Source: an uncultured Nitrososphaeraceae archaeon (GTDB lineage Archaea; Thermoproteota; Nitrososphaeria; Nitrososphaerales; Nitrososphaeraceae). From it: DNA of 64,000 nt. Each line of letters opens with the position of its first letter. Positions within the stretch are counted from its first letter, which is position 1. Both the position numbers and the translations under genes were made by a program. Location of the stretch: contig CAWIMJ010000056.1 in assembly GCA_963837175.1 (NCBI GenBank), positions 1 to 64,000 of the forward strand. The letters are read 5' to 3'. Below are positions 44,927 to 55,994 of the stretch, piece after piece. Under the pieces are notes generated by a model, which saw nothing but the letters and a program-made list of their open reading frames with translations, did not search any database and was not told where the DNA came from.

Positions 44927-46117
44927 TCAACTTAGAGATGAGTGTCCTTGAAGTGCTTTCTTCAATGTTTGGTTAACTATGGGAAGTATTCGTGGATCAT
45001 TAAATTCAGGTATTATGTAATCTTCTTTTAAATGAGCATCTGCAACTAGTTCTGCAATTGCCTTTGCAACTGCTATTAACATATCTTCCCGTATCGTTTT
45101 GGCTCTCAGATCCAACAAAGTTCTAAGAATAGAAGGGAATACTAAAGCGTTATTAACCTGATTCGGAAAATCAGATCTACCTGTAGCGACAATCCTTGCT
45201 CCAGACTGTAACGCATCAGATGGAAGTATTTCTGGATCAGGATTACTTAATGCAAAGACTATGGCATCAGGATTCATTGATTTCACCATTTCATTATTTA
45301 ACAAATCTGCCTTTCCAGATACACCTATGAATACGTCTGCTTTTCTAATCACATCAGTAAGAGTCCCTTGTAATTTTTCGGAATTAGTTTTTCTTGCGAT
45401 TTCTTGTTTGTACGAGTTATCTAAACTTTCATTTCTTCCTTCATAAATAGCTCCTTTGCTATCTGTCACAATAATGTTCCTACAGCCTGCCTCATACAAA
45501 ATCCTGAATATACCATAGCCTGCTGAACCCGCTCCAGATATCACTATCTTTATTTGTGTTAACTTTTTTCCTACTAATCTTAAGGCATTTGTCAATGCCG
45601 AAAAAGTGATTACCGCTGTTCCGTGTTGATCATCGTGGAAAACCGGTATCGAAAGTTCATTTCTAAGTCGCTCTATAATTTCCAATACCTTTGGCGATTC
45701 GATGTCCTCTATATTTACAGCTCCAAAAACTGGCTCAACTGCTTTAATAAAGCTGATTATTTCTTCCTTGTCTCTAATCGATATACATAGAGGAAAAGCG
45801 TTAATTCCGCCTAATACCTTGAATAAAACGGATTTTCCTTCCATAACAGGTAATGCACTTTCTGGTCCAATGTTACCCAGCCCAAGTACTCTAGTTCCGT
45901 CGCATACAATGGCCACGTTATTCCATTTAGACGTGTACTCATAAACAAGCTCTTTATTTTTACTTATTTCATTGGCGATATAAGCTACTCCAGGAGTGTA
46001 AATTAAGCCAAGCGTACTTCTTTCTTTAACGGTATTGTCCAGAGCAACTCTAGTTTGTATTTCTATTTTGCCTTTCACCATACGATGAAGATTGATGGTA
46101 TCGTCTTTTAAAGTCAA
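44927..46117 (-). CDS. NAD(P)-dependent malic enzyme
   Basis: YTPGVA, DGT.VLGLGNIG, PVMEGK, NIEDI, FHDDQHGTA, GAGSAG, ATGRSDFPNQVNN. Confidence 0.96.
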   Translation of the reverse strand: MTLKDDTINLHRMVKGKIEIQTRVALDNTVKERSTLGLIYTPGVAYIANEISKNKELVYEYTSKWNNVAIVCDGTRVLGLGNIGPESALPVMEGKSVLFKVLGGINAFPLCISIRDKEEIISFIKAVEPVFGAVNIEDIESPKVLEIIERLRNELSIPVFHDDQHGTAVITFSALTNALRLVGKKLTQIKIVISGAGSAGYGIFRILYEAGCRNIIVTDSKGAIYEGRNESLDNSYKQEIARKTNSEKLQGTLTDVIRKADVFIGVSGKADLLNNEMVKSMNPDAIVFALSNPDPEILPSDALQSGARIVATGRSDFPNQVNNALVFPSILRTLLDLRAKTIREDMLIAVAKAIAELVADAHLKEDYIIPEFNDPRILPIVNQTLKKALQGHSSLS

Positions 46118-46733
46118 ATGAGTAACTTGTCAAATTCAAATATATAAAACTAGCAAGCACAACAATTAGAAATTCATATTCTTTACATTTCTTATATATC
46201 AATTATATGAAATGTACTATATCGATATTCACAGCAACTCGTGTAGAACATAATGGCTTGTAAATTTAGTTGGAGTTAATTATCATACCGAGTAATTTTT
46301 GCTTTTGTATCCTTATTAGATTTAGATTTTTCATTCTGTCTCTCTTAGATTTGCAGTGAGAGAGATGACCGTTGTCAATGTCATGTAGGTGCTATTAGTT
46401 GAGAAATTATTGAGAGTATTTTTTTAATTTACTTATGTCTAAAAGTTTATGCTCAGCCTGTGGACTTCTAATACTTTATTAATATCAATCTAAAGTAATA
46501 GCTGTTCTGTATATTTAATAAAATATATCAAGCATGTATACTTCAAATTATCTTTTTTCATTTTTTATTCGTCATAACATCAAACTGATTAAGGAAATGT
46601 TTTTCACTAAATATTCATCCCATATTTAATATGAATAATTCTAAGCCCCTTTTAATAATACAAAAATCTCATAATTTCAAAGACGATAGAATAACCATGA
46701 AGTCAGTTGACGTGTACTCTCCAAAAAATCTTA

Positions 46734-47015
46734 TCAGATTACCAATTCTAAAGCAAAGTTTGAGACAGCTTTTGAATATAATAGCAGGATTGAATGGATT
46801 GTTAGTGCTATTCCTAATCCGATTATAGGTACTGATTGAAATATCAAAATTATTCCTATTGTCGGTATTGCGATAATACTAGCTAAGATCGTGGAAGCGT
46901 AAAAATATGGAAGTAAAACTCCCATTTCCAAGTGGTTATTTGTAATGCCTCTAGCTGCATTAGTATTCCCATAGATAGGACTGAGAGGTCTATTATATGT
47001 TATCTTACATCTCAA
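46734..47015 (-). CDS. Small membrane hypothetical protein (true start probably at internal MGVL)
   Basis: Two hydrophobic helices. Confidence 0.45.
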   Translation of the reverse strand: MRCKITYNRPLSPIYGNTNAARGITNNHLEMGVLLPYFYASTILASIIAIPTIGIILIFQSVPIIGLGIALTIHSILLLYSKAVSNFALELVI

Positions 47016-47139
47016 TAAAGATGAATGGTAACCTGTTCTTATAACGTTATATGTCCTTTTACCTTGCGATAAAAATTAATATGAATCTATCTCTCTGTCA
47101 ACGTACAACTTATATTTTGGTTGTAAAGTCTCTTTTTTT

Positions 47140-47856
47140 ATGGCTAAGGGAGCGAAACGGGGGGGTAGGGTACGTGATAAATGGAGAGATAAACAGTGGG
47201 TCGTAGTTAATGCTCCTGTTGCATTCGGAGGGAATCCTTTGAGCTACGTCCCCATTACAGACGTTGATAATTCTAAGGGACGTGTAATTGAAAATACTAT
47301 GTTTGATATTTTAAAACAAGATCCCACACAGCATCAGACAAAAATCTTTGTCCAGATCGACAATATTAGAGATGGCAATGCTACTACTATCTTTAAAGGA
47401 CATGAATATGCAAAAGAATTCTTGAGAAGTCTTATTAGAAGAGGAAGCTCCATGATCAACTATATACACGATTTTAGAACAATAGATGGTTATACTTTCC
47501 GCGTATCAACAATTGCATTTAGTCAAAGAAGGTTAAATTCTTCAAAAAAACATGAAATTAGAATGGTAACACACAGGATACTTTCAGATAAAATACCAAA
47601 ATTAACTGTTGACCAATTTGTACAGGAAGCTACTATGGGTAAGATGGGAGCCGATCTTCTTGCGGACGCAAAGAAAATTGCTTCGCTAAGACACATTGGT
47701 ATTAAAAAAACAAAGTTAATATCAACACCAGAATCCAGAGCTATTCAAGAAGCAAAGACAATTGGATCGACAACAACATCTGGAGACGAGACTAATGAAG
47801 AAGAAGAAGACGCTGAGGAACTGGAAAAATTTCAGCCGACAACAGAGCTAAAGTAA
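47140..47856 (+). CDS. rps3ae: 30S ribosomal protein S3Ae (eS1)
   Basis: RVRDKWRDKQW, FKGHEYAKEFLRSLIRRGSS. Confidence 0.97.
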   Translation: MAKGAKRGGRVRDKWRDKQWVVVNAPVAFGGNPLSYVPITDVDNSKGRVIENTMFDILKQDPTQHQTKIFVQIDNIRDGNATTIFKGHEYAKEFLRSLIRRGSSMINYIHDFRTIDGYTFRVSTIAFSQRRLNSSKKHEIRMVTHRILSDKIPKLTVDQFVQEATMGKMGADLLADAKKIASLRHIGIKKTKLISTPESRAIQEAKTIGSTTTSGDETNEEEEDAEELEKFQPTTELK

Positions 47857-47906
47857 TAACTTTTTAATCGCTATTTAAGTGAGTCTTAGGCTATTGGTAT
47901 TAGTTT

Positions 47907-48356
47907 ATGACTGTAGAAGATAACATCGCATTTTCTACTGCAGAAATTAGTATTATCGTGCATGCTACAGAAAATCAAGACAAGATTTTGCAATCTATTA
48001 ATGATGTACTATCTGTATCGCCTCATAGATTTTCCTCTAATACTTCTGAAGGTCATTGGGGAAACAGAATTTTAATACTCTCTGCTGTTATATCTGCTAC
48101 TGAGGCTAACTCTCTTCTATCACAGATTTTATCTATATTAAACAAAATTGACAGGCAATCCCTTTCAGATTTTTTTGATCGTTATATAGATGAAAAAGGA
48201 AACATATACATTCGTTTAGATAAACAGAGAATTTGTCAGGGAAGGGCATCTCTTTCTGATAATGATTCCATTAGAATTCGATTGCGGCCAGTAAGAAAAT
48301 ATAAACCTACAAGAACATTAGAAAATTATAGGAGGCTTTTGACTTCAAGCGAATAG
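47907..48356 (+). CDS. RNA-binding DUF54-family protein
   Basis: IVHATEN, EGHWGN.I, YIRLDKQ. Confidence 0.88.
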   Translation: MTVEDNIAFSTAEISIIVHATENQDKILQSINDVLSVSPHRFSSNTSEGHWGNRILILSAVISATEANSLLSQILSILNKIDRQSLSDFFDRYIDEKGNIYIRLDKQRICQGRASLSDNDSIRIRLRPVRKYKPTRTLENYRRLLTSSE

Positions 48357-48397
48357 ATCTTTGTATAAATTTTAAAGATTATAGCAAAATTACCCGT

Positions 48398-48901
48398 ATG
48401 GCTCAAATCTCTGAAATTGACTTAGTAGGGATTGATTATCCTGGTCAAGTATTCACAGATAATTTTATTTATCGCCTTAACAGAAAACCAGCAGAATTAA
48501 CCAGTTATCCGTATCTAGTGGTTTGCAAAAGAATTGAAGAGATTTCTACTTCTAACACAGACATTTTGATGGTTGAAGATTTTAAAAAAATAGAAGCAGT
48601 TCTAAAAAAAAGAGTGAAAAAGAAACTCGGGCTAGAGGTTACTGTGTTTCCTGCTCGCAAAAAAGATGGATCTACTACTGGAAAATGGTTTAACCAAATA
48701 CGAAATCTGTACAAATTTTGCAAATTAAACGATTATCAATTTATTCTATCTAGCGGAGCAAATTCATCCTTGGAAATGGTTTCAGGTAGATCTTTTGAGT
48801 CTATATTAAAGGTTTGTGATATAAAACCTGAGCATTACTGGAGAGATCTCGAGGAGTGGCTAGAAACAAAATATCAACGAATGGTGTTTTTGAATGCTTA
48901 A
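48398..48901 (+). CDS. rnp3: RNase P protein p30 (Rpp30)-like; open frame extends ~20 codons upstream
   Basis: LGLEV, ILSSGA.S..E motif; lies next to the Pop5 gene. Confidence 0.7.
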   Translation: MAQISEIDLVGIDYPGQVFTDNFIYRLNRKPAELTSYPYLVVCKRIEEISTSNTDILMVEDFKKIEAVLKKRVKKKLGLEVTVFPARKKDGSTTGKWFNQIRNLYKFCKLNDYQFILSSGANSSLEMVSGRSFESILKVCDIKPEHYWRDLEEWLETKYQRMVFLNA

Positions 48902-49226
48902 ACGAAGATCAAAACGTCGATATCTTGCAATATTGCACGGTACTGACTTGGATGATATCAGTAGAGATGAGTTTAGTATATTAAACTCGATAACAAACCG
49001 AAATTCTGAACTTTTTGGTTATATCACTACTGAATTATCATCTGTCAGGTTGATTCGATCACACCAAAAAAATATGATTATAATTAGTTGTTGGCTACAA
49101 TACGTTGATAATATCTTGACAACAATAGCTTTAATTGATCCTCCCCTTGTTACGATTGTTATTTCAGGTACATTAAAGAGGCTACGAAGACATCTTCAAA
49201 AAATAGTTGACACTGCTTATCTATAA
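48894..49226 (+). CDS. rnp2: RNase P protein Rpp14/Pop5
   Basis: KRRYLAI, ELFG, ISGTLKRL. Confidence 0.82.
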   Translation: MLKRRSKRRYLAILHGTDLDDISRDEFSILNSITNRNSELFGYITTELSSVRLIRSHQKNMIIISCWLQYVDNILTTIALIDPPLVTIVISGTLKRLRRHLQKIVDTAYL

Positions 49227-49597
49227 ATATATTATTCTTACAATGATAGACGAAGCAGATGGGCAGATTCGTAGAGGAATTTTGGGCAACTTATTATTCT
49301 TTTCATTCCTTAGGAATGAGATAATTGTGTCCACATCAAAAGTACTTCTGAATCTCCTTATTGTGATTGGAGCATTTCTGAAGATGATGTTCTCTCAAAT
49401 ACACTTTTAATAGCGGCTATAATAGTTATTTATGGGGATGAGGTAAGATTTCGCTGCTCCAGACTGAGTCAAAGCAATGAAGATCTCGCGACGAACCGAC
49501 CCAAATTATCTCAGAATAACTATCGTCTTAGTGAATTCCTCATTTTAGACAGTATAAGTTAAATGTGATATCTTATAGTAAGAATAGTATAGTTAAA

Positions 49598-50479
49598 ATG
49601 GAAATTCTATATGATTCTCCTCTGTATAGACCGCCTTCGGAAGCCAACTCTATGATATTTCAGGTTACATTAGGTTGCTCATTTAACAAATGTTCCTTTT
49701 GTAACATGTATCGTACAAAAGAATATATGGAAAGACCATGGGAAGATATAAAGACAGAAATTGATTCAGCTGCAAACGCATATCCTAATACTCGAAGGAT
49801 ATTTCTTGCAGATGGTGACGCATTAAATCTATCTACCGATAGGTTGACCCAGATTTTGAAATATTTAAGGACAAAATTTTCAAATATAGAAAGAATATCG
49901 TGCTATGCAATGCCAAAGAATCTGTTGCAGAAGAAGGATGATGAATTAGACAGACTAAGATCTGCTGGATTAGGAATGTTCTATGTAGGAGTGGAGACTG
50001 GAAATGATATTCTTTTAAAGAAGGTAACCAAAGGTGCGACAAGCAAAGGAATTATTTACAGCTGTCAACGGGCGAAAAGACATGGCTATATTTTATCATG
50101 CATGATAATTCTAGGCATAGGTGGAAAAACTTATACTTATGAGCATACACTCGATACCGCCAGAGTGATAAATGAAATTATGCCTAATTATCTCGGAGCA
50201 CTAACATTACATCTTGAAGAGGGAATTTATAAGGAATTTATGACTAAGTTTAACGAGCCATTTATTCCATTAGAGGACACCGAGATATTGAATGAACTTG
50301 AAAGATTAATATCAAATATTGATGTATCAGCGCCAGTAATATTTAGGGCTAATCATGCCTCGAATATTTATTCATTAGGTGGTACTTTTCCTCAAGATAA
50401 AGAAAAGCTTCTTTCTTTAGTCGTGGGACTCAAGAACCATCCAGAAATGCTAAAGCCCAAAGTGCTTAGAAGGTTCTAA
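49598..50479 (+). CDS. Radical SAM protein
   Basis: YRPPSEA, CSFNKCSFC (CxxxCxxC), FLADGDA, FRANHASN. Confidence 0.93.
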   Translation: MEILYDSPLYRPPSEANSMIFQVTLGCSFNKCSFCNMYRTKEYMERPWEDIKTEIDSAANAYPNTRRIFLADGDALNLSTDRLTQILKYLRTKFSNIERISCYAMPKNLLQKKDDELDRLRSAGLGMFYVGVETGNDILLKKVTKGATSKGIIYSCQRAKRHGYILSCMIILGIGGKTYTYEHTLDTARVINEIMPNYLGALTLHLEEGIYKEFMTKFNEPFIPLEDTEILNELERLISNIDVSAPVIFRANHASNIYSLGGTFPQDKEKLLSLVVGLKNHPEMLKPKVLRRF

Positions 50480-50499
50480 CTTTTACTATATCTGAATTT

Positions 50500-50887
50500 T
50501 ATATATCTAAATTTTCTTCTAAATAATAGGTCTTTTCTCCGCATTGTTACTCTATTTAATATTGGTGCATCCGAATTTCCATGAGTCAAAATTCAATTTA
50601 TAATGCTTTTCTTAATATGGTCAAATAATAATTTCATAAATGCGGTCGTGTGATCAATCTAAATCTATCTGTTTTAAGTTCTATCCCTTTTTATCTATTG
50701 GATTGTTCTTCTTTAAATAATGCTTTAAAGGCATTTCTAAAGAATGAAAAAGACCTAGAAAGTACAAGCACAATTACAATCCATAAGCAATATCTTCAAA
50801 AGATGTCCTATTTCTTGGTTTAGATATCAAGAGAAAGAAAGAATACAATGTATTTAGCTATAGACTTTTCCTTAAGTTAACAGAGCT
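50500..50887 (-). mobile_element. Heavily decayed IS6 relic (one end plus transposase start)
   Basis: TAAGTTAACAGAGC (50873-50886) matches the TIR at 12990; minus strand reads LYFLGL.(F)RNA.KAL fragments; left limit is approximate. Confidence 0.6.
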
Positions 50888-50994
50888 TCGGAGATTAATT
50901 TTTCCTAAAGAGGTAACTTAGCTGAAGCGAGCGAGCAACGAGATTAGATTTAACAGGAGTATATTATTATTATGATTATTGTTAATTTCAAATT

Positions 50995-52266
50995 TTAAAT
51001 CTTGATTTTCTTGACATCTCCCATATATTTTCGAAGAATATCTGGAACCTCAACATCTCCATTTGAAGTTTGGTAATTTTCCATAATACTAACCATTGTT
51101 CTCTCAGTTGCTACAAGTGTGCTATTCAGAGTATGAACTAAACTTGTTTCCTCATTTGTCTTGTCTTTGAATCTTATCCTGAGCCTACGAGCTTGATAAT
51201 CCGTACAGTTTGAACATGAACCTATCTCTCTGTAAGCTCCTTGTCCTGGCATCCATGCCTCTATATCGTACGTTTTGGCTGAAATTTTACCCAAGTCTGC
51301 TGAACACAGAAGCACTGTCCGATAAGGAATACCAATTTTTTCATAAAACTCTTCAGCTATAGTTAACATCTTATCATGTTCTTCCCATGAATCATCAGGA
51401 CGGGAGTATACAAATTGTTCCACTTTTTCAAATTGATGCACTCTGAAAATTCCTTTCATATCCTTGCCATGAGCGCCAGCTTCTTTTCTAAAACAAGTAC
51501 TAATGCCGGCATATTTTATTGGCAGCAGATTACCATTTAAAATTTCATCCATGTGCATTGACGCTAGAGCATGCTCAGAAGTTCCAATCAGGTACAAGTC
51601 CTCTCCATTAATCTTGTAAATTACTTGTTCAAAATCTTCCAGAATTACGGCCCCTTCCATCGCACCTCTTCTAATCATATATGGAGGCTGAGCGAGTATG
51701 TATCCTTTATCAGATAAAAAATCTACTGCAAAATGAATTAAAGCATAATTCATTCTTACTAATTCTTTTTTTAAAAAGTAAAATCTCGCCCCTGATATTT
51801 TTGCAGCCCTTCCTATATCGACAAGATCTAGAGAAGTTGCAATTTCAACATGATCTTTAGGTCTAAATTCAAAATTCTTAATTGTTCCATAATGCTTTAT
51901 GACGACATTGTCATTTTCATTCTGTCCAATTGGAACAGATTGATGGATGATATTAGGAAGATTCCTAATGAGAAGGCTATATCGTGATTCGACTAACCTT
52001 TTTTCTTCCTCCAGACTTAAAATCCTATTACCTACAACATTCATCTTCGAAATTTCTTGTGATGCGTCAGCCTTTTCTTTTTTCTTGGAGGCAATAGAAT
52101 GCGAAAGAGTGTTTTTATCATGTTTCACCTGCTGCAATTCTACGATTAATTGGCGCCGTCTGCGATCTAAGGAAATTAAGTCGTTAACTGGGAACTCTAC
52201 ATTCCTTTTCTTTAGCATATCTACTATTATTTCTGGATTCTGTTTCAGTAATTTGGAGTCAATCAC
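50995..52266 (-). CDS. serS: Serine--tRNA ligase
   Basis: LIGTSEH, CFRKEAG, FRVHQFEKVEQF, EIGSCSNCTDYQARRL, HTLNST. Confidence 0.98.
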   Translation of the reverse strand: MIDSKLLKQNPEIIVDMLKKRNVEFPVNDLISLDRRRRQLIVELQQVKHDKNTLSHSIASKKKEKADASQEISKMNVVGNRILSLEEEKRLVESRYSLLIRNLPNIIHQSVPIGQNENDNVVIKHYGTIKNFEFRPKDHVEIATSLDLVDIGRAAKISGARFYFLKKELVRMNYALIHFAVDFLSDKGYILAQPPYMIRRGAMEGAVILEDFEQVIYKINGEDLYLIGTSEHALASMHMDEILNGNLLPIKYAGISTCFRKEAGAHGKDMKGIFRVHQFEKVEQFVYSRPDDSWEEHDKMLTIAEEFYEKIGIPYRTVLLCSADLGKISAKTYDIEAWMPGQGAYREIGSCSNCTDYQARRLRIRFKDKTNEETSLVHTLNSTLVATERTMVSIMENYQTSNGDVEVPDILRKYMGDVKKIKI

Positions 52267-52525
52267 GAATTATCACTTTTTTCGCAAGAGAGATATCTTG
52301 TAAAACTTCATCTACAGTATTGATCAAGGTTCCGATTTCAGTACTGGATGAAAATTTGATATAAATGGTAGTATTATCTTTTGAACTCAGATCCATAGAT
52401 AGGCCTTCTGGAAAGTTGATGTTATCTGGTATTAGTGCCTTGAGAATTGCCTCTGTTTCAGATTGTTTTGAGAACTTTAATTCAATGATCAGAGTTACTT
52501 CAAGAAGCGGCTGTGAATTTGGCAT
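52259..52525 (-). CDS. pcc1: KEOPS complex subunit Pcc1
   Basis: I.KAL.PDN motif; size; position in the rps15-DHH-pcc1 block. Confidence 0.8.
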   Translation of the reverse strand: MPNSQPLLEVTLIIELKFSKQSETEAILKALIPDNINFPEGLSMDLSSKDNTTIYIKFSSSTEIGTLINTVDEVLQDISLAKKVIIRD

Positions 52526-53939
52526 CTTGTATTGCGTTCCTAATTGCAGATAAAAATTCTTCCAGTCTTATAGATGGAATTCTACATCCTGCTGCCGGTG
52601 AATGACCGCCTCCGCTTCCTCCAACCAATTCTGAACAATATCGCATTATCAAACCTAAATTCGACTTTGATCCACTTCCAAGGGATTTTCTTGCGGAGAA
52701 TTTATAGGACCCATCCTTAGTTAAGGTTCTCACAAAAACTAACCGACCACCAAGACTTGGTGATCCACTTAATAAGGAAGAAACCGCTCCTAGCATGTCT
52801 TCAGCTAAAAGTCCCTCTCCATTAATGAAAACTGATTTACCATTGTCAATTAAGCGCCACTTTTCAGCAAAAATAGAAGATATGTAATTTCTTAAGGTTG
52901 TTCTGTATGTCGTAACTATTTTTTCACCTTCATCCAATATTGCATTCCTGTCGCCCATACAAATTCCGATGCCAATTCCTGCTTTACGAATTCGTCCACA
53001 TGCATTCAACATTGTCGAGAATTCTCTTGCATCACGGAGTTGGCTTCTTTGATCTTCGTTAATGAGCGTGTATGTATAGCCTATCAGATTATTAATCACA
53101 TCGACCTCTTTGTTCCTAGATGAATCGACTACAAATTTGGCTATCGCATCTAAAATAATGCTTTTCTCATCTTGCGAAATTTCAGAGAGTACGCGCCATC
53201 GTCCATTTTTTCTAATTTTTATTCCTGTATTTTTTATGAGTGCATAGCAGGCTTCTGTATTCCACGTCAAACCTTCAATATATGGAAAAGCTGTATACGC
53301 TAGTGTTTCATGGATCGGTCTAGTCTCACGTCCTGTAAGCATAAGATCCAAATCGATATTGATAAGCTTTAATGATTCGGCAGTCTTTAGAATTTCGGAA
53401 TTAACGCCAAAAAGTGATTTTTTTTCTCCCTGATCTTGTCTGTCAGCTAGTGCAGAAACAATGGCAATTGGAGATAGATTTTTATTTTTTCTATCGAGTG
53501 TAGTTGCAACCATATATGCCATACCCCCTGCAGAAATCTCTTTGCCTCCATCTATTCCATATTTCCAAGCATTCAGGATTTGGTTATTGTCGTCTCTTGA
53601 TATTTCTTCTTCGGGGATTTGATGGTGATCAACGATTACCCATCTGTTATCAAGCGCTTGGTGAAATTCTTTAGCCATCCCGGCGCCGAGATCTGTAATT
53701 ATATAGAAGTCATGATTTTCAGAGCGCATCTGATGTAGAATACTCAAGGTCATATCTGAAACAGTACGAACAGCGCATCTAGCGCCTAGTCTAGCCAACG
53801 CGGAAGCTATAATACTTGCTGAAGCTATTCCGTCTGCGTCCAAATGACTAACAATAAGAATTTCCTTTTCATTTTCAACCATAAATTCAATTTTGTCACA
53901 AAAAGACTTCAGAGCCTGAAAGATTTCTTTATTGCTCAT
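52500..53939 (-). CDS. DHH/DHHA1 phosphoesterase (RecJ/Cdc45-like)
   Basis: HLDADG, TDLG, VDHH, GGGHSPAAG. Confidence 0.93.
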   Translation of the reverse strand: MSNKEIFQALKSFCDKIEFMVENEKEILIVSHLDADGIASASIIASALARLGARCAVRTVSDMTLSILHQMRSENHDFYIITDLGAGMAKEFHQALDNRWVIVDHHQIPEEEISRDDNNQILNAWKYGIDGGKEISAGGMAYMVATTLDRKNKNLSPIAIVSALADRQDQGEKKSLFGVNSEILKTAESLKLINIDLDLMLTGRETRPIHETLAYTAFPYIEGLTWNTEACYALIKNTGIKIRKNGRWRVLSEISQDEKSIILDAIAKFVVDSSRNKEVDVINNLIGYTYTLINEDQRSQLRDAREFSTMLNACGRIRKAGIGIGICMGDRNAILDEGEKIVTTYRTTLRNYISSIFAEKWRLIDNGKSVFINGEGLLAEDMLGAVSSLLSGSPSLGGRLVFVRTLTKDGSYKFSARKSLGSGSKSNLGLIMRYCSELVGGSGGGHSPAAGCRIPSIRLEEFLSAIRNAIQDAKFTAAS

Positions 53940-53948
53940 AATAATTTC

Positions 53949-54398
53949 TTATTCTAGTTGCGCAATAACTGCTGCATATTTCCAATTTTTGTTAAGTTTG
54001 CCTATTCTCTTATAATATTTGGACAATCTGTGAATCTTTGATTCAATTAATTCCAGTGAACGGACGTTTCTATGATCGCTATTATGAGCCCTAAGATGCT
54101 TTTGCAGGCCTAAAGCTTTCATGACTAGATGCTCTAGGTCTTCAGGCATATCTCTTCTGATGTTACTTTCGACAAGCACATCTGTGATTGATTTACCCAA
54201 AACAACCTTAGTAAGAGGGATTCCATTTTCGTCCCGTAAACGCAGACCTATGTCACTTGGTGTTAAACCATCCTTCGATAGTGAAATTATTAATGAGGAT
54301 ACTTTTCCTTGGCTTTCTGTCAGCCATGGAGGCAGATCCTTGGAGGTGGGACGGGTAGAGTGTGATTTACCATGAGTATGAGCATGCATTCGCGCCAT
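53949..54398 (-). CDS. rps15: 30S ribosomal protein S15 (uS15)
   Basis: MARMH..THGKSHS.RP, PEDL, LIESKIHRLSKYYK. Confidence 0.98.
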   Translation of the reverse strand: MARMHAHTHGKSHSTRPTSKDLPPWLTESQGKVSSLIISLSKDGLTPSDIGLRLRDENGIPLTKVVLGKSITDVLVESNIRRDMPEDLEHLVMKALGLQKHLRAHNSDHRNVRSLELIESKIHRLSKYYKRIGKLNKNWKYAAVIAQLE

Positions 54399-54493
54399 AC
54401 CTTTTATAAAAAATTTAATGCGTATCTAAATGTTACTTAATTCTTGATTGTAAGACATAAAGGTTAAATAATTGATTCTGAAAAAGTATTGCT

Positions 54494-54814
54494 ATGAACA
54501 AGCCAATTTTCCTGGCTACGGTCACAATAGTACTTCTGATGGGTGTTGCATTTGTTTTTCCTGTAGTTGAAATTGCTTATGGGCAATACACTAGCAATGC
54601 TCCTAGTAGTGTTGAAGAAGAATTAAAACTCGCAAAAGCCAAAGTTTCCAATGCAAAGACGGCGGGCGCATATGGTTCTGGTACATCCATGTTAGGAACT
54701 AACATAAACGAAACAGTTATTATGATAGCGGTCTTGGTAGTAATATTTGGTGGCGTTGCGGCAGCTTTCTTCATAAAAGGCAGATCAGGAACAAAAAAAG
54801 CAGCAACCAGCTAA
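54494..54814 (+). CDS. amoZ: Ammonia monooxygenase accessory subunit AmoZ (putative)
   Basis: Signal peptide, helical ectodomain, GSGT, TM ending FGGVAAAFFIKGRSG; lies between rps15 and amoB. Confidence 0.75.
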   Translation: MNKPIFLATVTIVLLMGVAFVFPVVEIAYGQYTSNAPSSVEEELKLAKAKVSNAKTAGAYGSGTSMLGTNINETVIMIAVLVVIFGGVAAAFFIKGRSGTKKAATS

Positions 54815-55114
54815 GCTAACTTTTTTTATTTTATTATCAAGTATTTCTTTCATTCTTTCATTCTTTCTTTCATTCATTTTCTATTATGATTGAATCAGCA
54901 AAAAATTAAGTTTTTTTAGTTTTGCATTGTCAACTTTGGTAGACTTGAGTTGATATTTCCATCTCGATTTTTTCATATATTGTAATTGTATAGCAATAAT
55001 CGTGTTGTTAGGTGGGATTGTTTTATGACTAGGAACTGAACAGCAGCAAAAACGAATTTCCATAATCACTCGAACCAAAATGTATATATCATAGATTTAG
55101 TCTGCTGTAAGATA

Positions 55115-55393
55115 ATGAGCGCTATCATAAGCGTTATGGCAATGGTAAATACTAAGTTTAACAGTCTGATTGGGCAAATAGGACCATCGTACAATCCACT
55201 GTTCTACGACGTAATGGTCTACATCTTCGGCACGATGTTATTCGCTGTGTTCCTGCTGGGTGTCATTGCGTTCTGGCTACGGAAAAAGGGTCTTGGTGGC
55301 GGTTCAGCCAAGGAGAAATGGACACAAGAACTAGAAAGATACTTCGAACGTGAACAAATAGGTCTAATTCCAGATGAAAAACACCATTGGTAA
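55115..55393 (+). CDS. amoY: Ammonia monooxygenase accessory subunit AmoY (putative)
   Basis: Small single-TM protein with charged C-terminal helix between amoZ and amoB; own TATA at 55083. Confidence 0.65.
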   Translation: MSAIISVMAMVNTKFNSLIGQIGPSYNPLFYDVMVYIFGTMLFAVFLLGVIAFWLRKKGLGGGSAKEKWTQELERYFEREQIGLIPDEKHHW

Positions 55394-55994
55394 ATCATAA
55401 CTAGACTACTAAAAAGAAAGACAAGCAATTGTTAAATTCTTGCTTTTTTCTCGTACTTATAATTTAAATCCTAATTTTTTATTATTCTTGATTTATTCTT
55501 GATTGTACCTTAAACATAATGGTAAAGGGTTTTGATGAATATGAATTAGCAAGTACTTTATGACTGTAGAGTGGCACTAGAACTAGATCATGGCTTATAA
55601 CATTTAACCCCTTTCGGGAATCGGCTCAAGTATATAATACTAGACTATATGATCTGAGTGAGAAAAGAATACAGATGAATAATATCCAAAGTCAGGAGAT
55701 ATATTGTTTTAGAAATCGTTATTCTGGTTTCGGCTTTCTAATGTGAAAATATCACATTATCCATTAATCTGCCTCACTATAATGGGATTTGTGGTTTTTC
55801 TCAATTACTATCAATCTTTGAAAATTAATTCTTTTTATGAATAGCTTGTAAAATTATTTCATATACTATAAAGAATACTTGGTAGGTTGTCGTTAAGATG
55901 TGTGGCTATACGTTGATAGAATTAAACTAAATTTTTTAGAATGAACAATAAAGATTTCTTGTAAAAATAATAGAAGGGAAGGCTTAATTTTGTA

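Noticed and set aside
54845-54882. TTCATTCT-like microsatellite after amoZ
   Set aside because: Low-complexity pyrimidine tract consistent with an ordinary archaeal terminator region.
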